Origin: Candidatus Poribacteria bacterium
Lineage (GTDB): Bacteria > Poribacteria > WGA-4E > WGA-3G
Reading direction: 5' to 3'
Length of the DNA: 64,000 bases
Assembly (NCBI GenBank): GCA_965215265.1
Contig: OZ244048.1
Span: 3,456,001 to 3,520,000, forward strand
Shown here: positions 33,320 to 42,284 of the stretch, one piece after another
How positions within the stretch are numbered: position 1 is the stretch's first letter
How the letters are laid out: the number at the start of each line of letters is the position of its first letter
The notes under the pieces: model-generated
The model's database searches: none
Told to the model about the DNA's origin: nothing
The model's input: only the letters and a program-made list of their open reading frames with translations
Position numbers and translations under genes: made by a program

Positions 33320-34879
33320 TTATGATGTGCGAGCTGCTCTAAGATACGGATCAGCAGGATCGCAGTTCTCGTCAATATATTCTCTAACTTCAGAGGTATC
33401 CCAGACAAGTTCACAACCGTTCCGTTCTGTATTTGCACGACCAAAGCGATTTAGCAATTCTTGCTCATCTGGTTCTGGATTGTGTCCTACACCAAAGGTT
33501 TTTACACCTAAGAAGATCACATCCTCAACAAAATACGTTTGCGCACTTGATTTGCGTTGGGTAAGTCCTCTAACCGAATTTGTTATACCTATCTTTATAA
33601 CATTTCCTTCTGGTAATTTCATAAAATATATCAAGCAAGTGTCTAAATTAATCTCCCAATTTTCCCCTTGAAATTCTACCGTTACAATACGAGAAACAAT
33701 GTTCGGAGTATCTGGTTGAGGCGCGGAGTCTGTTCCAGGGGTGGGGTCTCCTTCAGAATCAGGGTTTACTTCAGAAGTACGATCTTCTTGAAGGGTGCAG
33801 TTTACTTCAGGAGTAGACGCTGGTCTCGACTTAAGTTTGTTATACGGGAATTTCCGAGCCTGATCACGCAGACGTTCAAGCTTCTCTTCCAATTTTTCCA
33901 CGACAGCGTCTGTTTGGCTCTCATTCCAATTAAAGTTATCCTTTGCGAAACTAACTCCCGCACCTTCAATATGAAGTTCGCCAAACAGGCGTTGAGTTAG
34001 TGCACTATTTAGACTTCCAAAAATTTCAGGAGGACGATAGCTTTCAACTATTAGACGTTTCCTTCTAAAGAGCGAGAATCCAATTCCACTTGCGTCCCCT
34101 TTAGGACGGAGTGCTGCAAAACCATTGACCCGTATCCCTTGTATTTCAAAGTCTATTGGGACTTTCCATACCTTTTTTTTCTCTTGAGGAACATCCTCTA
34201 TATGCTCATAGTTATCCATCTCGCTATGATGAGGTGCTTGTAAAATCTCTGTTGCTTCTGGATAGGATAAAAGCTTATTGAAACAACAGAGTTGTAGTTG
34301 CCCATCACGAAGAAAGAGTCTATAAATGCTTGATAAATAGTCCTGAATCTTCGTGTAACCCCTTCCGTAAGGTTTTTTAAGTAAATCGGAAAGTTTAATG
34401 GTTGTAGAGTGTGAATTAGGGTCAGTTGATTTGGATTCAACATCCACATCATCTGTATCGCTGTTCAAAATTTTAGACATATCACAGGATACTGTTCTTT
34501 GCACAGATTCGCCAAGTGCTGTTGAACAAACGCTCCAATTCTCCGCATACCAGCATGCTGCTGCTTTCATTCCCATTCCAAATTCCGATAATCCAGTTGT
34601 TCTATCCCCTCTCTCTCCAGTTGAGAAGGCTCGTTGGTAATTTTCCTCACTAATACCACCTGCATTATCGGTAATAAACAAAGTATTGTTTTCAAGAGCA
34701 ATCTTAACTGTTAGTCTTGCATCTTCCCCATCAATTGCCTTAATTTGTTCTTCATTATCAAGAAAACTCTGGATTGAATTATCTACAAATTCTGCAAGTG
34801 CAAATGATTGTTCATAATTCATAAAGCGCATATTATAGAGCATCCCGGTAGTAGGACGCATATTGACACTTTTTATCAC
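33320..34879 (-). CDS. MORC-type GHKL ATPase fused to a C-terminal T5orf172/GIY-YIG-like domain
   Basis: N-box EFVDN, G1 DNAGG, G2 SEFGMGMKAA, S5-like region (GFSLFRRKRLI...RLFGELH), P/T/D-rich linker, then IYF...IKIGIT....R...QT...E..L..RF. Confidence 0.85.
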   Translation of the reverse strand: MIKSVNMRPTTGMLYNMRFMNYEQSFALAEFVDNSIQSFLDNEEQIKAIDGEDARLTVKIALENNTLFITDNAGGISEENYQRAFSTGERGDRTTGLSEFGMGMKAAACWYAENWSVCSTALGESVQRTVSCDMSKILNSDTDDVDVESKSTDPNSHSTTIKLSDLLKKPYGRGYTKIQDYLSSIYRLFLRDGQLQLCCFNKLLSYPEATEILQAPHHSEMDNYEHIEDVPQEKKKVWKVPIDFEIQGIRVNGFAALRPKGDASGIGFSLFRRKRLIVESYRPPEIFGSLNSALTQRLFGELHIEGAGVSFAKDNFNWNESQTDAVVEKLEEKLERLRDQARKFPYNKLKSRPASTPEVNCTLQEDRTSEVNPDSEGDPTPGTDSAPQPDTPNIVSRIVTVEFQGENWEINLDTCLIYFMKLPEGNVIKIGITNSVRGLTQRKSSAQTYFVEDVIFLGVKTFGVGHNPEPDEQELLNRFGRANTERNGCELVWDTSEVREYIDENCDPADPYLRAARTS

Positions 34880-34893
34880 TCTAATACCTCCTT

Positions 34894-36156
34894 CTATTTA
34901 ATGAGTGCTTTAGCAACTTCAGAAATAACCTTTACATTCACGGCATTTCCGAGAGCCTTGAAAGCACTCGCTTCTGTTTCAGGTAAAACCACACTATCAT
35001 CTATACTCTGTAAACGCGCACATTCCCTGGGAGTTAAGTAACGTCTTTCCCAACCTATGATTGGAAGGTCTGAAACCCTGACGACTAAGGTGGGAATTTG
35101 CTTTGTTGTGTTAATCCTAACCCCCGAACTTCTGAATTGAATTATATTATCCCATATATCCCTTGTAGAGGATTGAGGATTCCACTCTAATCGCTGCCAA
35201 GTTGAAGGAAATTCTTTAATGTTCTCTTTCCACTCATCTAATAATTCTTTGTGCGCTTCGTAGAACAACCGATTTTTTCTGATATAATTGACTTTCCAAT
35301 TAGGAAATTGTTTTTGCTGGCGTTTCGAATATGTAGGTAAATTCTTCCAAACGTCCTTGTTGGATAAACCTGAAAGCGGGCTTCCGTGGTTCCCGCAACT
35401 TTTTCTCAACTCGGACACACCCAACGCATATGGAGTTGTCGTTTCATAGCTATAGGATGCTCCAAATTCCCTTGACCATAGGGGGCGTGGAATTGTTGTG
35501 GAAGGCGGAAGTAATTCAATAAACGCTTGCCAAACTTCTAAGCAACGGATATGTCTTTCTGAGAGGGGGCGTGCATTTTGAGGATTCTTAAAAAGAAAAC
35601 CGTTGTCTCTAATATCCGATGCAATATTAGGAGATAGTAAAGGTAGGGAAGGAAAATCCGATCGATTCCCTACAATAAACAACCTTTTCCGATTATGTGG
35701 TATTCCAAATTCAGTAGGTGAGTAAATATTGACATCTATTCGATACTTTGCATCTTTCAACTGGGTTACCGTTCTTAACCATGTTTTTCCTTTGTTATGG
35801 TTTAGAAAGTGAGGGGCATTCTCTAAGATAAAATAGTTTGGTTTCTTTTCACTCAAAATATTCACAATAAAATCAAAGAGGTCACCATTCTCTGGGCATT
35901 CAAAACCTTTCATTTTGCGTGTGGGTGCAGCATGAGAAAAGGGTTGACAAGGGAACCCAGCACATAAAATGTCATGCGAGGGGATATCGCCAATGTTAAC
36001 TTGACGTATATCGAAATCAGGGGTAAGTCCCCAGTTCTTCTCGTAAAGTTTATTTAAGATTTTATTAATTTCACAGGCATATACACATTCATGTCCTAAT
36101 TCTGTCAAAGCTTGATGAAAACATCCCAACCCTGCAAAAAGATCGATAAACCTCAT
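34894..36156 (-). CDS. dcm: DNA (cytosine-5)-methyltransferase
   Basis: Motif I FIDLFAGLG, IV GFPCQPFS, VI ILEN, VIII P.NRKR, IX RYLTPRECARLQ, X GNAV; AAAGGAGG RBS. Confidence 0.96.
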   Translation of the reverse strand: MRFIDLFAGLGCFHQALTELGHECVYACEINKILNKLYEKNWGLTPDFDIRQVNIGDIPSHDILCAGFPCQPFSHAAPTRKMKGFECPENGDLFDFIVNILSEKKPNYFILENAPHFLNHNKGKTWLRTVTQLKDAKYRIDVNIYSPTEFGIPHNRKRLFIVGNRSDFPSLPLLSPNIASDIRDNGFLFKNPQNARPLSERHIRCLEVWQAFIELLPPSTTIPRPLWSREFGASYSYETTTPYALGVSELRKSCGNHGSPLSGLSNKDVWKNLPTYSKRQQKQFPNWKVNYIRKNRLFYEAHKELLDEWKENIKEFPSTWQRLEWNPQSSTRDIWDNIIQFRSSGVRINTTKQIPTLVVRVSDLPIIGWERRYLTPRECARLQSIDDSVVLPETEASAFKALGNAVNVKVISEVAKALIK

Positions 36157-36441
36157 AACAACCTATTTATTTCCTCCTTTCAAGGGTTCTGTAGTTGTAG
36201 ACATAACACCGTCGGGGGTGCGTGTGTGTGACAGATCGAAATGCATCAAAAACCCGTTTAAGTATAAGCGTTGTGCTAAAACTAGCATTCAACACGCCGC
36301 CATGCCGTCATGCTCATAGTTGTTGTGCAGACGACGTGATCTGCTCTATAAACGAATTATAGAAAGGGTTAATGCAAAAAATGTTCTTTTGATAATAAAA
36401 AACCTTTCCTTGCGGTTTCGGGCAGTCGGGCTGCCCAGTTC

Positions 36442-36914
36442 TCACAAATAACAACTGATGCCCCGGCAGAAGCACTCAAAAACATCAACAGTAAACGCAG
36501 CGTTCCACACAAATATAAAAACTCCTGCCCAGACGCAGGCCCTGACACGTTGTCCACCTATACCCCAATAAAGTCGGCACCCACGTTGATTTTTGAATAT
36601 AGGCGGATACAAGGGGCCGGGGTTACCATTGACACGGAAAACACACATCTGGTGCTGCTCGAGGCAACAACAAAAATAGCCCGAGACGCGAAGAAACCGT
36701 TCGGGGTTATCAGCAAAGCAGCGACGAAGGTAGATGCTGCTTGAGTTAATAAATATGTTAACGTACGTAAAGTAGGGGGGGGGGTCGATCGTATTAACAG
36801 AGCGTTTAAACACACGACAGGACGGCATACGCACGCGTTCGCACAAAGACTACAACCCTGCATCACGGGCCGGGCACTCTTGCTCTTCTGGTACACGGAC
36901 TCTCGGTGTTTCAT
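36442..36914 (-). other. Small ORF(s) spanning a C10 tract, upstream of the methyltransferase; coding status uncertain
   Basis: ATG at 36914 behind a promoter; G10 run at 36775-36784 lies within the overlapping frames 36558-36914 and 36442-36846. Confidence 0.35.
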
Positions 36915-36951
36915 CTGTTTGATTTTCCCTTGTTCTGATTCGAGTTAACAC

Positions 36952-36981
36952 ATTTTAGACGAAAACAACACTTTTTGTCAA
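36952..36981 (-). promoter_or_regulatory. Sigma70-type promoter pointing toward dcm
   Basis: TTGACA (36981-36976), 18 nt spacer, TAAAAT (36957-36952). Confidence 0.55.
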
Positions 36982-37018
36982 TCTTTTTTCTCACATCCGG
37001 ATTATCATCAAAAAACTT

Positions 37019-37198
37019 TTAGAATTTGCCAAAAACCCGCACGAAGAGCTCCATGAAATTCTGATCGTTCACTTCACCGATTGCACGCTAATCGATGTAT
37101 CGGGCACCGATGTACAGAAAGAGTTGCTTGCGGTATGCGACAAAACTCTTTTCCATCTCCGCCAATAGGACTTGCCGCACAAAATCGTTATCGTCATT
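37019..37198 (-). pseudogene. Possible 3' remnant of an unidentified gene at the cassette junction
   Basis: Manual translation NDDNDFVRQVLLAEMEKSFVAYRKQLFLYIGARYID*RAIGEVNDQNFMELFVRVFGKF*; begins where the DUF6785-like pseudogene is cut. Confidence 0.35.
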
Positions 37199-39034
37199 AA
37201 TTTAGTGGGTATGCAAGTGGATGGAAGGGCCACCAGAAAAATCTGAGCCGTAAAGCGGTCCCTCCTAATATGAATAAGATGCCGAAAGCAGTCGCGCCGA
37301 GTTGTGCAAAATCCGGGTCTGTCGGCTGTCTCAACAAACGAGCGATAGCATTGTAAGCGAGGTTACCACGCCATGCCCCAGGGCCGCCCCATCGATAACC
37401 GAGTTCTAAAAACGCCCAGAATATTACAACAATTGACATAAATGTTGCCAAAAGGCAGACCTTCCAGAGTTTTCGTGTGTCTATGTTGGCGCGTTCGGCG
37501 AGTTTAAAACTCTCTAAATAGACAGGCATCGGTTTGTTCAGAAACTCTTTGGTGTGTCCAATAAAGTACTGCAACCGTAAGGGTTTGCGGCGAGATGCGA
37601 TGGCTACCCGTTATCGCCACCATAAGTTGGAACGGGCCAAAATAGTGGATCCCATGCATAAGAGGTCCGAGTTCTGCACGCATTCGCGTAAACCCGAACA
37701 AGATAAGGAAATAGATTCCAAAAAACGCAAGCGCAAAACCTATTGACATGCCCGCGTAATAGCAAAATCCAACCAAGAATGCACTGCCGGCTAAGGTCCC
37801 GCACGCTGTGGTTCGATAGTCCATCGGTTCACTAGATTGTAGGCGTAGGTGCTCATGCTTTTGTCTATTAACAACACCTTTCAGGATATCCAATAGATGT
37901 TTTCGCGCAAGTCAGAGCGATACCACCACAATGCCTAAATAACCGCCCAATATCTGTTGATTTGCGAATGGATAGTGTGGAACATTCACCCCAGCCAGGC
38001 TACCGGCTACATATTGGAGTTTCCAAATTAGATAGAAAAACCAGCAGGAAAACAGCAAGCCGAGCGGAATAACGAAAGTCAGTCCAAGGATAAATGGATT
38101 CGCCTGGATAGGCATGCCGGGCCACGCTTGAATTGTGCTCCAAGGGCGTTCCCCGAAGTGGACTGCCAGATTGTAGGAGAGTGGGATTTTCGAAATTATC
38201 GGAAAAAGCGTGTTTAGACCGTTAATGAGATTAATGCCGGCAGCGATACTAAACCCAAGCCATAACAACAGATTTGTCCAAAAAAAATCGCCCGCTCATC
38301 TCAAAAGGAAGATAAATGAGCGGGTAAGTAAGTTTTTCTTGTTCAATCCACTGCTTTCGGATGAGCGTGTTAATGCAGAGCATCACAAAACACAAAACGG
38401 TGAGAAAAAGTCTCCACCAGAATAGGGGCCACAACCATCCCCGGATGTGTTTTAACAGATAGAAGGATGATTCGCCTGAAAAGTAGCCTTCTAATGCTTC
38501 TTTAGAAGGTTCAAGCCAATCCGGGACATAACCCTGGAAAAGTGCTGCCCATTCGTTTTCTGGGGTAGCAAACCATCGAGCATTTCCGAGTGTCCCGAAG
38601 ATGGTATGCGTGAAGTCCTGCCCGTTCACCGAAATAGATACCATCAAAATACTATAAATTGTCAGCAATTCGCCTTGAGATAAAGCAGGACTTGATAGAG
38701 ATGCTGGAAGGCAAGCAGATTTTGACAAGGGATGTGAGAGGTGTTTGATGCGAACGTTGTCTAACCGAACCACGAGGCAAAAAAGCAGGTTCAAGCCAAC
38801 CACGAGGAAGATGCAGAAAATGGCATTGAAAAATATCGTCATTGTGGTGGGGTCACCAAGTCCCCAGACTGTTTCCAAGAGCACGACAAGATAAGCGTTC
38901 ATAGGGATGAACGCTAACCCTATCAACACCGCGCGAATAGATACGTCGCTTCGATTTGCGGCTTGGCTTGACGAAGCGGTTTGCCTTCGGCCGATTTTCT
39001 GATTCCGTTGTGGGAAATTCGGTTTTAGATTCAC
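37197..39034 (-). pseudogene. DUF6785/DUF6784-like polytopic membrane protein, disrupted
   Basis: Four ORF pieces collinear with the intact paralog at 45904-47862 (PENEWA.LF, RKQW...EKL..PL, R.RAELGP, WW..HP); frameshift in the A8 run 38280-38287, TGG>TGA at 37912, frameshift near 37560, 3' truncation. Confidence 0.85.
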
Positions 39035-39054
39035 ATGATTTCAGTCGCCTCAAA

Positions 39055-39570
39055 TCAAGGATATTCTGTAGCTATGAATTTTTCTAGATAAACCGCATCG
39101 TAGAAATGTCCGTTAAGTTTCACATGTTTTTGGGCGATACCGATATCTTCAAAACCCAGATTGCGGTAAAACCGCAGGGCCCGTGTATTGTTTGCCAAAA
39201 CCTGAATAGAGATTTTCTTATAGCCGTTATCCCTTGCAAATGCGAGAGATGCCTCGGCGAGAAGCTGCCCGATTTTATACCCGCGGAAGTTAGCGTGTAT
39301 GTAGGTACCTACGGTGGCAACATGCTGCATGGAATCTGTATATTGGGCTAAACCATCGGGCTCAATGACCTGCAAACCAACGATTTGATCTTCCACCTCG
39401 GCGACAAACATGGCACTTCGAGGTCCCAAACCAGAAATGAATTCGTGCTCTTCTTCTTCTGTAAATGGATTGATTAAAGCGGTATACTTTCGTTCCAGAA
39501 TAACGGCGTTCATCACGTTTGCGACTGCTGCCGCGTCCGCGGAAGTCGCTTTTCTAATGGTGGTATCCAT
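39055..39570 (-). CDS. GNAT family N-acetyltransferase
   Basis: IRKAT..DA, FRGYKIGQLL, N.RALRFY.NLGF. Confidence 0.93.
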   Translation of the reverse strand: MDTTIRKATSADAAAVANVMNAVILERKYTALINPFTEEEEHEFISGLGPRSAMFVAEVEDQIVGLQVIEPDGLAQYTDSMQHVATVGTYIHANFRGYKIGQLLAEASLAFARDNGYKKISIQVLANNTRALRFYRNLGFEDIGIAQKHVKLNGHFYDAVYLEKFIATEYP

Positions 39571-39572
39571 AG

Positions 39573-40327
39573 TTAACCATTACCAAAATTCTTGAGTTGT
39601 CCCCATGTTGTCGTCACCTTGTCTGTTGCTTGAACAGACAACTGTATGCCAGTATTCATATCTCGTTGGATATCTTGGGTAGTCAGTGCAACACTCAAAA
39701 TCTGGAGTTCGTCAATAAAGCCGTCGATGCCCTTCCTGATGCGGAGTGGTGCCTCGTTGGTTTCCGGATTTTTGGCGAAATCTCCTGATGCTTCTTCCTT
39801 GCCATTGACGTATAATCGCAACGCTTTTTTATCGTAAGTCAAAGCGACGGGATGCCATTTTTCATCAATGACATCGGTTGTACTTTCCAATTCGACAGCA
39901 TCGGTATTCCCGCCTCTGGCGAAAATCCCGTAAATCTTGCCGCCCACATTTTAAGCGTATAGTTCCGTGTCGCCCTATTATCCCCGACCTGCTTATAGGC
40001 GATGTTCTGTTCACCGCCTCCGGTATCGCTGACAAATTTAATCCACGCGGCAACGGTAAACGTTTCGAGGTTCAATGCATCGGTATGTGCCACCTCAAGA
40101 TAGGTGCCGGGCTTAAAACCGACTGCCTGTCCGATTTTACCTTCATCCCATTCCAATTTGCCTCCAACCACTTTAGCCGTATGTACGTTGCCAGAGCTAT
40201 CGGCTGCTTCGTCGCCGTCGCCCTCATCAAATAACCAGATTCCGACAGCGTCTGGATGTTGTGCATAAATCGGAGAACCGATGGTGAAAAGAGATAACGT
40301 GATAATCAGTAATAAATTGTAATTCAT
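39573..40327 (-). pseudogene. LamG domain gene split by a single-base frameshift near 39945
   Basis: IWLFDEG.G..AADSSGN...NYTLKMW continues as GGKIYG...W.PVALTYD...LYVNG...DKVTTTWGQLK; one G is missing in TGG-GGC. Confidence 0.8.
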
Positions 40328-40418
40328 TTACAAAATGCTCCTTATATGCGTGGGTTTCCACCCGTGCATCGATTCCCGAACTCAACGCTGCTTTCAGTTT
40401 AGGTACATTTTTCTATGC

Positions 40419-41255
40419 CTAAGAATAGCCGCCTACCCCCAAAAGCATCCGTTCTTCCAGATCTGCATTTTCGAGGAAGGTGTGGGTTAAGCCGTCTTCA
40501 GGTTGGGGGCCTCCGTGGGGTGATTTCCGCAACCACGTCGGTGTATAACTTAAAATTAACATTCTGCGTTTGGCGTTCAACGTTGGCATGCCTCTATGCC
40601 ACAAATTGCCGTGGATTAAAACCCCGCCTCCAGCTTTGACAGTGACTTCCATTTCACCCTCAATGGGCTCGTAGGTATTGGGCGCTGCCCGGTCAAGCCA
40701 AGCGTGTGACGCTGGCACCACTGCAACTGTGCCAGTGTCAGCGTTCAGATCATCAAGATAAATGAGGCAATCTATACAGTGGGGTTGTGAAAACCAAGGC
40801 GGGAGCGGATTTGAGATCACACGCATATGTTGGTGCCAGGGAGTCTGGTGCTGCCTATCATCACCGGGGTAACTGATACGCGCGCTTAACCCACGCAACC
40901 GTACAAGAGGTCCCATCATTGCTCGTGCAATGGAGAGGGTCGGTTGGAACTTCAGCAGTGCCAGAAACGTTTCATCTTTGTCCATGAGATGCCGCGGAAT
41001 GAAGCCCCAGCCTCGTTTTCCGGCGATTGCCCGATCTCGTCTTTCCCATTCTTGTTCTTCCAACCGATCGAGTGCTCCTTGTAGTTTTTGGAGTGCCTCG
41101 CCCTGAAATAGCCCTTCCCGAATGAGGTAGCCGGTATCCGCAAATTCCTGTAACTCTTTGGGTGTAGCATGTACGTCTATGTTCCAATGTTGCCCTGTTT
41201 CTCCATCCGGATTATGGAAATTCAAGACTTCATAATGAATTGTATGTTGACGCAT
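40419..41255 (-). CDS. PhyH family dioxygenase (HxH variant)
   Basis: FADTGYL, WHQH, IYLDD....G...VPASH, WHRG......RR. Confidence 0.88.
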   Translation of the reverse strand: MRQHTIHYEVLNFHNPDGETGQHWNIDVHATPKELQEFADTGYLIREGLFQGEALQKLQGALDRLEEQEWERRDRAIAGKRGWGFIPRHLMDKDETFLALLKFQPTLSIARAMMGPLVRLRGLSARISYPGDDRQHQTPWHQHMRVISNPLPPWFSQPHCIDCLIYLDDLNADTGTVAVVPASHAWLDRAAPNTYEPIEGEMEVTVKAGGGVLIHGNLWHRGMPTLNAKRRMLILSYTPTWLRKSPHGGPQPEDGLTHTFLENADLEERMLLGVGGYS

Positions 41256-41350
41256 TTTTCCTCTCTTTGGTGAATGTGCTCAAGAAATTCGTGGCGAACT
41301 TAAGCGTCCGGCACTCGTACCAAGCACTTTTTTGAATCGCAGGGAAAAAA

Positions 41351-42136
41351 TCATTTCAAAAATTCTCCTGGGATTCTGGAACCGGGGTAGTTTGCGTTTT
41401 CATCGCGATTCGCGATAACCTCGGGAATCGCGTCTTCCCAATATTCCGGGACGGTATTCGGCCGACTGTGCCATGCAAGAATCAGGGTTCTACGGGCATC
41501 GGTATAGTTTTTCCGTGCGGCGTGCAGGAGGCGCGCGTCCGCCATGACCAAGGAACCTGCCTTTACGCAGACATCCACCTGATCTGGATGGTTGCTAAAC
41601 ATGATAGAGTGGTTTTCGTCAACAAACCTTGCCCCCTGTTCATGTGCAGGTACCAAGATATCATGCAAATCAATGCGTTTGAGGTGAGTACCAGGAATAA
41701 CTTTCAGACATCCGTTTTCAGGCGCGGTATCGGTGAGATAATAGTTGAGAAAAATAGTTTGCGGCCAGGGGGCGCAGCTGAGCGGATCATTCCAACGCAT
41801 CCAATCTTGGTGCCAATAGAGTGCCGGTGCGCCTGGGTCTTTCGTCAAGATGATAATCCCGCCGGATGAGGTGAAATCCCCAAACCCGATTTGCTCAAGT
41901 GCTACTCGTGCTGGCTGCCACTCCAGCAGCTTCTGAATGTACGGGTTGTCTTCGCCGCGGACATTGACGTGCTGGCCTTGATAGACAACATCGTCTGGTT
42001 GCACATGCCCTGCGATGAGCCGTTCTGATTCATCCCGCAGTTCTTGCACGAACTCCTCTGTCAAAATATCGTCTACAACACAGTAGCCATCGCGAAGCAT
42101 TTGCTCCCTTTTTGCTAAGGCGACTTCAGGTGTCAT
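41351..42136 (-). CDS. PhyH family dioxygenase
   Basis: RDGYCVV, WHQD, NGCLKVIPGTH, LHAA..N....R. Confidence 0.92.
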   Translation of the reverse strand: MTPEVALAKREQMLRDGYCVVDDILTEEFVQELRDESERLIAGHVQPDDVVYQGQHVNVRGEDNPYIQKLLEWQPARVALEQIGFGDFTSSGGIIILTKDPGAPALYWHQDWMRWNDPLSCAPWPQTIFLNYYLTDTAPENGCLKVIPGTHLKRIDLHDILVPAHEQGARFVDENHSIMFSNHPDQVDVCVKAGSLVMADARLLHAARKNYTDARRTLILAWHSRPNTVPEYWEDAIPEVIANRDENANYPGSRIPGEFLK

Positions 42137-42284
42137 CAAATTGCTCCTTTATCTTTTGAATTTTGCATTGTTGGTTATAAGGCACCTGTCGGGTGAAATT
42201 GGGGCTGCCATATCGTCACGGATGCCTTACCCATTCAGTGTTAATATGATTTTACACGACTTTGTTTGAGAAATCAACAATTTT

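Noticed and set aside
33250-37200. Prophage, integron or IS origin for the methyltransferase cassette
   Set aside because: No integrase, transposase, attC-like site, tRNA or flanking direct repeat could be identified by eye
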